Below, in pieces: positions 1 through 9,521 of a stretch of DNA of 64,000 bases. The position numbers were made by a program, and so were the translations under genes. The number at the start of each line of letters is the position of its first letter. The stretch's first letter is position 1. Origin of the DNA: an uncultured Gemmatimonadales bacterium (GTDB lineage Bacteria > Gemmatimonadota > Gemmatimonadetes > Gemmatimonadales > GWC2-71-9); the NCBI GenBank assembly GCA_963795085.1, contig CAWCFX010000001.1, forward strand, positions 736,001 through 800,000, written 5' to 3'. A model generated the notes under the pieces. The model was not told where the DNA came from and made no database searches. It saw nothing but the letters and a program-made list of their open reading frames with translations.

Positions 1-1326
1 CAGCACCAGGGCGGGGATCCCGGCGAGCGCGGCATACCCCGCCATGCTGGCCGCCGTGTTGCCGGTGGAGGCGCAGGCCACGGCCGGGACCCCCAGCCGG
101 CGCGCCTCGGTGATACCGACAGTCATCCCGCGGTCCTTGAATGAGCCGGTCGGATTGTGGCCCTCGTGTTTAAGCCGCAACCCGGAGCACCCAGTCCACT
201 CCTGCACGGCTGCCCGCTCGAGTAGGGGCGTGTTTCCCTCGGGCCAGGCCAATGGGTCCGCCACGTCGGGTTGCACCAGTTCCCGGAAGCGCCACACCCC
301 CGAAGCCCAGGGACCCGGCCCGCCCTGCCGGGCCCGAAAGACCCGGCGAAGATCCTCTCCTTCGGCGCGAAGCGCGGGTGAAGCGCTCGACACACCATCG
401 CCCCGGCGGATAATCCGGGCGCCCCGGGTTTCCACCCGGGCGAGGCGGGTGGCGCAGCCGACGCCCGCCCGTTGATACGCGGCGGCCATGGCCACCGCGA
501 CGGCGGCGGCGGTTTCCTCGCTGTCCGCGAAGGCGAACGCGGTGGGCCCGCTGCCCGAGATCGAACAGCCCAGGGCGCCGGCCCCGAGGGCCGCCGCCTT
601 GGCGGCTCCGAATCCCGGCAGCAGCGGCGCCCGGACCGGCTCAGCGATACGATCGTCGATGCAGCGGCCCAGCAGGCTCCAATCCCCCGAGGCCAGCGCG
701 GCGACGATGCCCGCCACCTGGGCAGCCTGGTGCAGCGCGGTCTCCCGGCTCACGGCCGGCGGCAATGCCGCCCGACCCTGCCGGGTCTCCAACCGCTGGT
801 CGGGATGGGCGAGCACGATGTGCAATCCGTCCGCCACCGCAAGCGGCACCACCTCCAGCGGGTCGAGGGCGCGGACCAGCACGGCACCGCCCAACAGGGA
901 GGGAGCGATGTTATCCAGGTGGCGGCCCGCCACCGCGGCCTCCGCCGCCAGGCAGCACTCCAGCAGTTGGTCGCGAGTGAGCCGGCTATTACAGAGCGCG
1001 TCCACCGCGACCGCGGCCGCCACCGCCGAGGCCGCGCTGCCGCCCTGGCCCCCGGCGAGCGGAAGGCCCTTGCTGACGGTAAGGCGGAGACCGCGGTCCA
1101 GCCGCCCGGTCCGGTCCATGACCGCACGGGCGGCAATCCCGGCGGTGTGGCGAGCCGGGTCGAAGGGGAGATCAGGATGCCCCGGCTCCACGATGACAAT
1201 TCCCGGTTCGTCACCCCATTCGGCCCCCACGCAATCGCCCGGGCCGGTGACGGCCAGCCCGAGGATGTCGAGGCCCGGCCCGATATTGCCGATGCAACCA
1301 GGGGCGAAGACGTCGATGCGGGTCAT
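1..1326 (-). CDS. thrB-thrC: Homoserine kinase-threonine synthase fusion (partial, runs off window start)
   Basis: Manual translation from ATG at 1326: MTRIDVFAPGCIGNIGPGLDILGLA, GHMP motif KGLPLAGGQGGSAASAVA, HLDNIAP, SISGSGPT; then with no stop SGVWRFRELV, EGNTPL, KHEGHNPTGSFKDRG (PLP lysine), ACASTGNTAAS. Absent from the ORF track because no stop lies in the window. Confidence 0.9.
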   Translation of the reverse strand, partial: MTRIDVFAPGCIGNIGPGLDILGLAVTGPGDCVGAEWGDEPGIVIVEPGHPDLPFDPARHTAGIAARAVMDRTGRLDRGLRLTVSKGLPLAGGQGGSAASAVAAAVAVDALCNSRLTRDQLLECCLAAEAAVAGRHLDNIAPSLLGGAVLVRALDPLEVVPLAVADGLHIVLAHPDQRLETRQGRAALPPAVSRETALHQAAQVAGIVAALASGDWSLLGRCIDDRIAEPVRAPLLPGFGAAKAAALGAGALGCSISGSGPTAFAFADSEETAAAVAVAMAAAYQRAGVGCATRLARVETRGARIIRRGDGVSSASPALRAEGEDLRRVFRARQGGPGPWASGVWRFRELVQPDVADPLAWPEGNTPLLERAAVQEWTGCSGLRLKHEGHNPTGSFKDRGMTVGITEARRLGVPAVACASTGNTAASMAGYAALAGIPALVL

Positions 1327-1502
1327 GGCAGACGAAGGGCTGAGGGCGGATGGCGAACGGCGATGCCAGGGCGGCGCCTGCGCCTCGCGTATCGCCGAAC
1401 GCCGGTACGGTGTAGGTTAGGAGAACTGGTCCGAATCTATCACCGGGCCATGGTGCGCGATACGCTTGCTCGCCTGCTGGTTCCCGCCTCTCCGCGACGA
1501 CC

Positions 1503-2021
1503 ATGCTGACGATTCTGAAACTGCTGCAATCGCTGGTCAAAGCGCTGCACTCGGAGGGCACGCCCGGCCAGGTGGCCGCCGGAATGGCGCTCGGCGCCTG
1601 TCTCGGCCTCACGCCGCTGCTCACGCTGCATAACCTGCTCATCTTCACGCTCCTCATCATCCTGAACGTCTCCTTCGGCGGGGGCCTGCTGGGGTGGGCG
1701 CTGTTCACACCGGTGGGTTTCCTCCTGGACCCGGTCTTCGACCGGCTGGGGCGGCTCCTGCTGCTGGAGACACCGGCCCTGACGCCGCTGTGGACCGACT
1801 GGTTCAATACGCCGGGACTTCCTTACACTGATTTCAACAACACCGTCGTCATGGGAAGCCTGCTGGGATGGCTGATCCTGCTGGTGCCCATCTATTTCGC
1901 CTCGCGTTGGGCCATCGCCAGGTACCGCGCTACGGTGGGCGAGCGGGTCCGCCAGTCACGGCTCTACCAGGCGGTGGCGGCGTCGAAAGCGTACAACGTG
2001 TACCGCTGGTTCCGGCCCTAG
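1503..2021 (+). CDS. TIGR03546-like membrane protein (DUF2062-like)
   Basis: LHSEGTPGQVAAGMALG, FLLDPVFDRLG, FNNTVVMGSL motifs; hydrophobic; paired with the next gene. Confidence 0.8.
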   Translation: MLTILKLLQSLVKALHSEGTPGQVAAGMALGACLGLTPLLTLHNLLIFTLLIILNVSFGGGLLGWALFTPVGFLLDPVFDRLGRLLLLETPALTPLWTDWFNTPGLPYTDFNNTVVMGSLLGWLILLVPIYFASRWAIARYRATVGERVRQSRLYQAVAASKAYNVYRWFRP

Positions 2022-2024
2022 GCC

Positions 2025-3836
2025 ATGGCGAAGCTCAGGATTTTTCGCTGGAGGGCCATCGGGCCGCTGCTGGTGTTCCTGGCACTCCTCGGCGTGCTCT
2101 GGCTCGTCTTCAGTGACATGCTGATCGAGGACACCAGTGAGGAAGTGTCCACCGAACTGCTGGGGGCCCAGGTGGATATCCAGGGTCTCCGGCTCCGGGA
2201 GACCGACCCCCGGGTCGAGATCGCCGGGTTGCAGATCGCCGATCCATTCCAGCTCGACCGGAACCTCCTGGAAACCGGCCTCGCTATCCTGGAATTGGAC
2301 CCCGGCGCGCTGCTGGAGAAGAAACTGGTGATCGACCGGCTCACCATCCGGAACCTCCGGTTCGGAACCCGCCGGGCCACGCCGGCGCGTCCGGTGCCGG
2401 AAGGCTTTGCGTCCAACCTGCTGCGGCAGGTCCGCCAGTGGTCCACCCAGTTCGATGTGCCGCTGCTCCAGCTCACCCCGCTGGACACGATCAAGTCCCT
2501 GATACTGGATCCGGCGCAACTGTCCACGGTGCGGGAGGTCCGGGCCACGCTGGCGACTGCGGACTCGTTGCGCTCGGCGTTCCAGGGCCAGGTGAGCGCG
2601 CTGGATTTCCGCACCCCGCTCGATACCGCGCGCGCGGTGGCCGAGCGGCTGGCCGCCGCCAATCCGGCCAGGCTGGGACTGGCCGGCACCCGGGAGGCGG
2701 TCCAGTCGGTGCGCCGGGCCCTGGCGGAAATCGCCCGGGCACGCGAGCAACTGAAGGCGCTGGAGACCAGCGCTGAGAGTGGCATTGGTGCCGTGAAAGC
2801 GGGCGTCCTCGCGGTGGACGACGCCCGCCGGAGGGACTACGAATTTGCGAAGAGCCTGCTCCAGCTTCCCAGCTTCGCGGCGCCGGACATCGGGTCCGCC
2901 CTGTTCGGCCGGGTGAGTGTGGACCGCTTCGAAAAAGCGGTGTACTGGGCGGAGTTGGCGCAGCGGCACCTGCCCCCCGGGCTTCGCCCTGCAAGCCGTC
3001 CGGCGGCCCAGCGGCTCCGGATGGATGGCACCACGGTCGCGTATCCCCGCGAGCGCGCCTATCCCTCGTTTCTGCTTCGCGAGGGGGAGATCGACGTCAG
3101 CTTCACCGCCTTTGGCGCCAGCCATTCGCTTCGTGCCGCCGCCGAGGGGCTCACCAGCGAGCCGGCGGTGTACGGGCGGCCGGCCACGCTTGCCGCGGCC
3201 GGCCGGATCGGCGGCGACCATCCCATGACCATCAGTGTCGGCGCACTCGTGGACCACACCTCGGGCGTGCGCGACTCGGCGCTGCTCCGGTTGGAAGGCG
3301 TTCCGCTTCCCTCCCTCGACCTGCCCGGGCTCCCCTTTCGGCTGGCCCCGGGGCGCGGCAGCAGCCGCCTCGCGTTTACCATGCGGGGCGACCAGGTCGC
3401 GGCCCGCTGGTCGCTCCAGACCGCGACGGCCGACTGGCAGGTGGACTCGGCCCGGTCCGGACGCCTGAATACGCTGGAAACGCTGGTCTGGCGGGTGTTG
3501 TCGGGGCTGGGGCAGTTGGAGGTGACGGCGGACCTGAGCGGTACCCTGCGGGCGCCGCGGTTCAGCGTCCGCTCTAACCTTGATCAGGCCATCGCCGAAC
3601 GGGTGCAGGGCGTCCTGGGCGAGGAACTGCGCGCGGCGGAAGCCCGGGTCCGGGCCCGGGTGGACTCGCTGGTCCGGGATCAGGTCGAGGACCTTCAGGC
3701 CCGGGCGGACCGGGTCACGGCCGAACTGCGCGGTCAGGTGTCCCGGATCGGGCAGGACCTGGACGCTGCGAAGGCGGTACTGGAGGCGCGCCTCGCGGCC
3801 CTGTCGGGTGGACTGGGCGGGGCGCTGGGATTGTAA
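2025..3836 (+). CDS. TIGR03545-like protein (N-terminal anchor, AsmA-like beta-rich, coiled coils)
   Basis: N-terminal TM, LQIADP..RNLLE, ALLEKKLVID, C-terminal FSVRSNLD plus helical tail; 3 nt downstream of the TIGR03546-like gene. Confidence 0.75.
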   Translation: MAKLRIFRWRAIGPLLVFLALLGVLWLVFSDMLIEDTSEEVSTELLGAQVDIQGLRLRETDPRVEIAGLQIADPFQLDRNLLETGLAILELDPGALLEKKLVIDRLTIRNLRFGTRRATPARPVPEGFASNLLRQVRQWSTQFDVPLLQLTPLDTIKSLILDPAQLSTVREVRATLATADSLRSAFQGQVSALDFRTPLDTARAVAERLAAANPARLGLAGTREAVQSVRRALAEIARAREQLKALETSAESGIGAVKAGVLAVDDARRRDYEFAKSLLQLPSFAAPDIGSALFGRVSVDRFEKAVYWAELAQRHLPPGLRPASRPAAQRLRMDGTTVAYPRERAYPSFLLREGEIDVSFTAFGASHSLRAAAEGLTSEPAVYGRPATLAAAGRIGGDHPMTISVGALVDHTSGVRDSALLRLEGVPLPSLDLPGLPFRLAPGRGSSRLAFTMRGDQVAARWSLQTATADWQVDSARSGRLNTLETLVWRVLSGLGQLEVTADLSGTLRAPRFSVRSNLDQAIAERVQGVLGEELRAAEARVRARVDSLVRDQVEDLQARADRVTAELRGQVSRIGQDLDAAKAVLEARLAALSGGLGGALGL

Positions 3837-3878
3837 AGAGGTCGTGATAGCTTTAGAGATCTTCTCATCCAGGGAGCC

Positions 3879-4967
3879 GTGATGCGGATAGCCGTGCTCA
3901 GGGAGCGCGTCCCCGGTGAACGTCGCGTGGCGCTGGTGCCCGAGTCGGTGGCCCGGCTGGTCAAGTCGGGGCTGGAGGTCGCGATCGAACAGGGCGCGGG
4001 GGAGCAGGCCACCCTGCCCGATGACCTCTACGTTCGCGCCGGTGCGGTCCTGCTGCCCGATCCCGCGGCGGTGTGCCGGGGGGCCGCGGTGGTGCTCACC
4101 GTGCAGCGGCCTCCGCCGGACCTGATTGCCCACATCCCGGAGGGCGCCACGCTCATCGGTCTGCTTCAGCCCGCGACCGCCGGCAACTTCCTGCCATCAC
4201 TGGGCGCGCGGGGCATCACCGCGCTGGCCATGGAACTGGTCCCGCGGATATCCCGGGCCCAGTCCATGGACGCCCTGTCGTCCCAGGCGACCGTCGCCGG
4301 ATACAAGGCGGTGCTGATCGGGTCGGCCGCCATGAGCCGGTTGCTGCCCATGCTGACAACCGCAGCCGGGACCATCGCACCGGCCAAGGCCTTCGTGCTG
4401 GGGGCCGGGGTGGCCGGCCTGCAGGCTATCGCCACCGCCCGCCGGCTGGGCGCGGTGGTCTCCGCCTTCGATGTGCGTCCGGCGGTGCGGGAGCAGGTGC
4501 AGAGCCTGGGTGCCACGTTCATCGCGGCGGACATGGTGGAGGCGGGGGCGGAAACCGCCGGCGGCTATGCGAAGGAGCTGGCCCACGACCAGCACGAGCG
4601 GGAGCTGGAAGCCATCCACCGCCACATCGGGGACATGGACCTGGTCATCACCACGGCCCAGATCCCCGGGAAACCGGCCCCCCGGCTGATCACGACCGCG
4701 ATGGTGGCCGACATGAAACCGGGGGCGGTCATCGTGGACCTGGCCGCTGAAACCGGCGGCAACTGCGAGCTGACCCGGGCCGGCGAAACGGTCATCGCCT
4801 CGCGCGTCGCGATCATCGGGGCCGTCAATCTTCCCGCCACGGTGCCGTTCCACGCCAGCCAGATGTACAGCAAGAACCTGGAGACCCTGCTGCGGCACCT
4901 GGTCGCCGAGGGACAGGTCGTCGTCAAGCCGGATGACGAGATCACCGGCGCCATGATGCTGCGATAG
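3879..4967 (+). CDS. pntA: NAD(P) transhydrogenase subunit alpha part 1 (domain I)
   Basis: ERRVALVP, RISRAQSMDALSSQ, GAGVAGLQAIATARRLGA, VDLAAETGGNC. Confidence 0.95.
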   Translation: MMRIAVLRERVPGERRVALVPESVARLVKSGLEVAIEQGAGEQATLPDDLYVRAGAVLLPDPAAVCRGAAVVLTVQRPPPDLIAHIPEGATLIGLLQPATAGNFLPSLGARGITALAMELVPRISRAQSMDALSSQATVAGYKAVLIGSAAMSRLLPMLTTAAGTIAPAKAFVLGAGVAGLQAIATARRLGAVVSAFDVRPAVREQVQSLGATFIAADMVEAGAETAGGYAKELAHDQHERELEAIHRHIGDMDLVITTAQIPGKPAPRLITTAMVADMKPGAVIVDLAAETGGNCELTRAGETVIASRVAIIGAVNLPATVPFHASQMYSKNLETLLRHLVAEGQVVVKPDDEITGAMMLR

Positions 4968-5013
4968 CCGTCCACCTTTCCACCGGGCGCAGCCGCCGCC
5001 CGAGGAGACACTC

Positions 5014-5307
5014 GTGACCGAAGCACTGATCGTCGGCATCGTCATTTTCACCCTGTCCACCTTCCTGGGGGTGGAACTGATCCACCGGGTGCCGCCCACC
5101 CTGCACACGCCGCTCATGTCCGGCGCCAACGCGGTCAGCGGGATCACCGTGGTGGGCGCCCTGATCGTGGCCGGGGGCGGCCACGGGTGGATCTCCAGCG
5201 TGCTGGGTTTCGGCGCGCTGGTGTTCGCCATGATGAACGTCGTGGGGGGCTACGCGGTGACCGACCGGATGCTGGGCATGTTCCGGCGGAAGCCGGAGGA
5301 CCGCTGA
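5014..5307 (+). CDS. pntA: NAD(P) transhydrogenase subunit alpha part 2 (membrane)
   Basis: VPPTLHTPLMSGANAVSG, NVVGGYAVTDRMLGMF; GGAG SD upstream of GTG. Confidence 0.95.
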   Translation: MTEALIVGIVIFTLSTFLGVELIHRVPPTLHTPLMSGANAVSGITVVGALIVAGGGHGWISSVLGFGALVFAMMNVVGGYAVTDRMLGMFRRKPEDR

Positions 5308-6707
5308 TGCCACAGGCCGTAGCGGAACTGGGCTACCTGCTCGCGGCGGTGCTGTTCATCCTCGGGCTCAAGCGGCTGTCGAGCCCGGCCACGGCGCGGC
5401 GGGGCAACCTGCTCTCCGGGGTGGGGATGCTCATCGCCATCGTGATCACGCTGGCCGACCGGGCCATCCTGAGCTACACCGTCATCGCCGCGGGCCTCCT
5501 GGTGGGCGGCGGGCTGGGCCTCTGGATGGCGCGGGCGGTCAAGATGACGGCGATGCCCCAGATGGTCGCCCTCCTGAACGGCGTGGGGGGCGGAGCATCG
5601 CTGCTGGTGGGCTCCGCCGAGTTTCTCAAGTCCAACCTGGCCGGGGTGGCGCTGCCCCTCAACGTGGACATCACCATCCAGCTGAGCCTGCTGATCGGCG
5701 CGGTGACCCTGTCGGGCAGCCTCATCGCGTTCGCGAAGCTGCAGGAGCTGATGACCGGGCGGCCCGTCACCTACACCGGGCAGCAGGTGGTGAGCGGCGC
5801 GATCTTCGTCGGCCTGCTCGGCCTCATGGCCTACCAGGTGGCGACGGCGGACGGGGTGACCTGGGTGCTGGGCGCGGTAGTGGGGCTGGCGCTGTTGCTG
5901 GGGATCCTGCTGGTGATTCCCATCGGGGGCGCCGACATGCCGGTGGTAATATCACTGCTCAACTCGTACTCCGGCATTGCCGCCAGCATGACCGGATTCG
6001 TCATCGAGAACGACGTGCTGATCGTGGCCGGGGCCCTGGTGGGTTCCTCCGGTATCATTCTCAGCAAGATCATGTGCCGGGCGATGAACCGGTCGCTGAC
6101 CAACGTGCTCTTCGGGGCGTTCGGCGCCGTCACCGCGAAGAGCAGCAAGAGCGTCGAAGGGCTGACCGCGCGCACCATAAACCCGGAGGATGCCGCCCTG
6201 CAGCTGGCCTATGCCCAGCGGGTGATCATCGTGCCGGGCTACGGCATGGCCGTGGCCCAGGCCCAGCACACGGTGCGGGAGCTCGCCGATGCCATCGAGA
6301 AACAGGGGGGGGAGGTCACCTACGCCATCCATCCCGTGGCGGGCCGCATGCCGGGACACATGAATGTACTGCTGGCCGAGGCGAACATTCCCTACGACAA
6401 GCTCAAGGACATGGAGGAGATCAACGGCGAATTCGGCACCACCGATGTCGCCCTGGTCATCGGCGCCAACGATGTCGTCAATCCCGCGGCGCGCAACGAT
6501 CCGTCGAGTCCGATCTTCGGGATGCCGATCCTGAATGTGGACCAGGCCCGGAGCATCATCGTGCTCAAGCGCAGCATGAACACCGGTTTCGCCGGGATCG
6601 AAAACGAACTATTCTACGATCCCAAGACCACCATGCTGTTCGGCGATGCCAAGAAATCTCTCGCCGGGCTGGTCCAGGAGGTCAAGTCGCTGACCAGCGG
6701 GACTTAA
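5307..6707 (+). CDS. pntB: NAD(P) transhydrogenase subunit beta
   Basis: ATG 5307 overlaps upstream TGA; MTAMPQMVA, IGGADMPVVISLLNSYSG, PGYGMAVAQAQH, HPVAGRMPGHMNVLLAEA, GANDVVNP. Confidence 0.95.
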   Translation: MPQAVAELGYLLAAVLFILGLKRLSSPATARRGNLLSGVGMLIAIVITLADRAILSYTVIAAGLLVGGGLGLWMARAVKMTAMPQMVALLNGVGGGASLLVGSAEFLKSNLAGVALPLNVDITIQLSLLIGAVTLSGSLIAFAKLQELMTGRPVTYTGQQVVSGAIFVGLLGLMAYQVATADGVTWVLGAVVGLALLLGILLVIPIGGADMPVVISLLNSYSGIAASMTGFVIENDVLIVAGALVGSSGIILSKIMCRAMNRSLTNVLFGAFGAVTAKSSKSVEGLTARTINPEDAALQLAYAQRVIIVPGYGMAVAQAQHTVRELADAIEKQGGEVTYAIHPVAGRMPGHMNVLLAEANIPYDKLKDMEEINGEFGTTDVALVIGANDVVNPAARNDPSSPIFGMPILNVDQARSIIVLKRSMNTGFAGIENELFYDPKTTMLFGDAKKSLAGLVQEVKSLTSGT

Positions 6708-6755
6708 CCGGCCGGACCGTCTCTATTATCCCCCGTTTCCACAAGGCAGGTTGCC

Positions 6756-7370
6756 ATGCCCACGCTCCGACGTTTCGCCCTGCTCACCGGGTTCCTCGCC
6801 TTTGGCGCCGGACCCGTAGTCGCCCAGGACTGTGGGGTGAATCTCCATCCCCCCGCAGCCGGATCCTGGGTCCAGTACACCATGTCGGAGGGCAGCATGC
6901 GGCTGGCCCTCCTCGGCGAGGAGACCAAAGGCGGGAAGAAAATGATGCGCCTGGAGATGAGTGTCGCCAGCCGGGAAGGGGCCATGATCATCCAGATGCT
7001 GGTTCCCGGCTATCCCTACGATGCCGGCGCGGTCGAGGACGTGATCATCAAGCCGGCCAATGCCCCCGCCATGCGGATGAACGCCCAGATGATGGGCATG
7101 ATGCGAAGCCGCATCCCCCGGGATGCCGTGGCGGACGCCTGCCGGAACCGAACGATGACGAGGGTCGGTGAAGAGAGCGTTACCGTGCCGGCGGGAACTT
7201 TCCGCACCGTCCACTATCGCGATGCCGAGTCGGGCAACGATGTCTGGGTGAGCGAGTCGGTGCCGTTCGGGATGGTGAAATCACAGTTGAAGAACGGTGG
7301 AGAGATCGTGCTGACCGGGCGGGGCAACGATGCCAAGTCCCAGATCACCGAGACGCCGATGGAAATGTAG
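6756..7370 (+). CDS. Secreted hypothetical protein (ESVTVPAGTF motif, DUF3108-like)
   Basis: Signal peptide ending VVA-Q; ESVTVPAGTF; VWVSESVPFGMVK. Confidence 0.65.
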   Translation: MPTLRRFALLTGFLAFGAGPVVAQDCGVNLHPPAAGSWVQYTMSEGSMRLALLGEETKGGKKMMRLEMSVASREGAMIIQMLVPGYPYDAGAVEDVIIKPANAPAMRMNAQMMGMMRSRIPRDAVADACRNRTMTRVGEESVTVPAGTFRTVHYRDAESGNDVWVSESVPFGMVKSQLKNGGEIVLTGRGNDAKSQITETPMEM

Positions 7371-7375
7371 ACGTA

Positions 7376-7418
7376 GTGAGAGGTGAGAGGTGAGAGCACT
7401 TCTCACCTCTTACCTCTC
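7376..7418. repeat. (GTGAGAG)x3 plus inverted arm: 18-bp hairpin between convergent genes
   Basis: 7378-7395 gagaggtgagaggtgaga pairs with 7401-7418 tctcacctcttacctctc (one G-U). Confidence 0.85.
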
Positions 7419-7991
7419 TGCTCCCGGCCACGGGTTGGGGACGATGGCCGCGTTGGCCGCGATCCGCTCCTGGGCCGCCCGATAGTTCTTCTCGAAGTCC
7501 GCCCGCCATTGCTCCGGCAGATTCGCCCGGAAATACTCCGCCGTCATGATGTCCGTCCCGGGCCCGGGATGGGTGGCCACGACATCGGCCAGGAAGAAGG
7601 TCGAGGCGCCGGCGTCCATGGTATTCACAACGCGGCATTCGAAGGCGGCGTAGCAGTCGAGGAGAACCGGCACCTGCGCCGCGCCGTACCGATGAGGGAC
7701 GTCCGCCAGCTTGTCCCGGTCCCGGCCGCTGGAGAATCCGAGCCGGTAGATGAGGTCAAATTGGCCCCGGTGCAGCAGATGGAGCCCGTAGCGGCCGGTC
7801 TTCCAGACGATCTCGTGGGTCAGGTGCCACTTGTGGATATAGGCGGCCAGCCGGGGGACCCGGGGAGAGATCGAGGCCCGGACTGCGCTGTCCAGGATCA
7901 TGCCGTTGGGCCGCCCCTGCAGGCTGGAAGTGACGGCGACGACCGGGGATGCCAGTTGGCGGAGTAATTCGTAGGCGGAATCTGTCAGCAT
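7410..7991 (-). CDS. Flavin reductase family protein (DIM6/NTAB-like)
   Basis: SPVVAVTS, GFSSGRDRDKL, AAFECRVVNTMDAG..TFFLADVV. Confidence 0.85.
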   Translation of the reverse strand: MLTDSAYELLRQLASPVVAVTSSLQGRPNGMILDSAVRASISPRVPRLAAYIHKWHLTHEIVWKTGRYGLHLLHRGQFDLIYRLGFSSGRDRDKLADVPHRYGAAQVPVLLDCYAAFECRVVNTMDAGASTFFLADVVATHPGPGTDIMTAEYFRANLPEQWRADFEKNYRAAQERIAANAAIVPNPWPGAER

Positions 7992-8286
7992 CGGGAACCT
8001 TGAGTTGTTCTAATGGTAACTGCGTCGGATTTCAGGCTGGATCCGAACCTATGTTTCAATTGGGGACGTGCACCAAAATGGCCTCTCGCGCATCCTTTGC
8101 TCGGCAGGGAAGGTGAGCGGCGGCTCGACCTTGAGGGGGTTAACCTGACGGCGCAACTGCCAGAGGCACTAAGAGTTACCTAAGGTGTTGATTTAGCGCA
8201 AGTTAGTCGTTATATTGGGCGACTAAAATTTGCACAGTCCCCAACGCGGTGCGGTGCGACCATCCATCGCAAGGAGGCGGTGAAGA

Positions 8287-9183
8287 GTGAAAGTCATTAA
8301 GCCACGCGCGAAGCGTCGCCCAGTGCGCCCGGCACAGATCGCCCGGGCGGTCGATGAAGGCCGCGAAAGCCTCGATCTCTACCTGGACGAGATCAGCCGA
8401 GTCCCGCTCCTCAACCGTGAGGAGGAGATGGCGCTCGCCCACAAGGCGTTCAAAGGCAACGTCGCGGCCCAGGAAAAGCTGGCCCGTCATAACGTGCGAT
8501 TTGTCGTGTCCGTCGCGAAGAAGTTCCAGAACCGCGGCGTGCCTCTTGTGGACCTCATCGGCGAGGGCAACCTCGGCCTCATGACCGCGGCGCGGAAGTT
8601 CGATCCCAACCGCGGGGTCAAGTTCATTTCCTATGCGGTCTGGTGGATCCGCCAGGCGGTCCAGGCGGCGATCGCTCGTCACGGCCGCCCGGTCCGGGTG
8701 CCGCTCAACCGCACGGCCGATCTCAACCGGCTTTCCCGCACGGTCACGCTGCTCAAGGACCGGCTGGGCCGGATGCCTACCACCGAGGAGCTGGCCCGGG
8801 CGACCGGGCTGACCCTGGAGGCGGTGCGCAGCCTGTCGGCGCTCAACTCCGAGGCGGTGCGGCTGGACCACCCGGTGCGGGACGGCGAAGCCAGCGAGCG
8901 GATCGAGCGGTTCGCCACCAGCGAGCAGGAAGGCACCGATTCGTCGGCCATTGCCAACAGCCAGACCAGCTACATCGAGGCAGCGCTGGCTTCGCTGCCG
9001 CCGCGCGATGCCAAGGTCCTGCGGCTGTATTTCGGTCTCGACGACGGCAACAGCCGGACCCTGGAAGAGATCGGCCGCATGATGGGGGTAACCCGGGAGC
9101 GGATTCGCCAGCTCCGGGACCGGGCGCTGCTCCGGCTCCGGGAAGGCGAACAGAGTGGGCGGCTCAAGGATCTGGTTGCCTGA
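8287..9183 (+). CDS. RNA polymerase sigma-70 factor, RpoD/SigA family lacking region 1.1
   Basis: LDLYLDEI, NVRFVVSVAKK, DLIGEGNLGL, KFISYAVWWIRQ, TLEEIG..MGVTRERIRQ; AGGAGG upstream. Confidence 0.92.
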   Translation: MKVIKPRAKRRPVRPAQIARAVDEGRESLDLYLDEISRVPLLNREEEMALAHKAFKGNVAAQEKLARHNVRFVVSVAKKFQNRGVPLVDLIGEGNLGLMTAARKFDPNRGVKFISYAVWWIRQAVQAAIARHGRPVRVPLNRTADLNRLSRTVTLLKDRLGRMPTTEELARATGLTLEAVRSLSALNSEAVRLDHPVRDGEASERIERFATSEQEGTDSSAIANSQTSYIEAALASLPPRDAKVLRLYFGLDDGNSRTLEEIGRMMGVTRERIRQLRDRALLRLREGEQSGRLKDLVA

Positions 9184-9196
9184 AACGTAGTCCAGG

Positions 9197-9236
9197 AAAA
9201 CGACAACGGCCTCCATGCGGGGGCCGTTGTTGTTTT
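9197..9236. terminator. Intrinsic terminator, potentially bidirectional
   Basis: aaaacgacaacggcctcc-atgc-gggggccgttgttgtttt, 14 nt after the sigma stop codon. Confidence 0.8.
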
Positions 9237-9272
9237 AGGGAGGGTGGGAGAGCCTGGTTCCGTTTTTTCACG

Positions 9273-9386
9273 AAAGCACGAGCAACAAACAAACAATCAA
9301 CAAACGACAGCGAGCAAACAACAAACAACGACAAAGAACAACCAACACCAACAAACGACAACAAACGACAACAAGGGACAGCAAGC
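9273..9386. repeat. C/A-rich, almost T-free low-complexity tract with ACAAAC(G/A)ACA units
   Basis: One T in about 114 nt; ACAAACGACA tandem at 9351-9374. Confidence 0.85.
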
Positions 9387-9521
9387 TGCCGTGTGTGTGT
9401 TTCTCCGGCCCGGATCCCGAGTTCGGTGCCGTCGCTTCCCTGGTTTCGCAGCCGGTTAGTATTCTTCGGTTTCCGGCGGCCGTGTGTCGCTTTACACCAT
9501 TCCTCTTGGCTCCAGGATCCC

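Noticed and set aside
3879..5307. Split pntA as a pseudogene
   Set aside because: The three-subunit transhydrogenase arrangement is well known, and part 2 has its own SD.
8141..8217. AT-rich TAAG..GTTA segments resembling a dif/recombinase site
   Set aside because: Poor symmetry and no recombinase nearby; more simply the divergent promoter region.
8643..9521. 789-aa ORF extension across the sigma 3' end, terminator and C/A tract
   Set aside because: Open by chance (the T-free tract cannot encode stops); the signal-anchor start at 9522 is more plausible.
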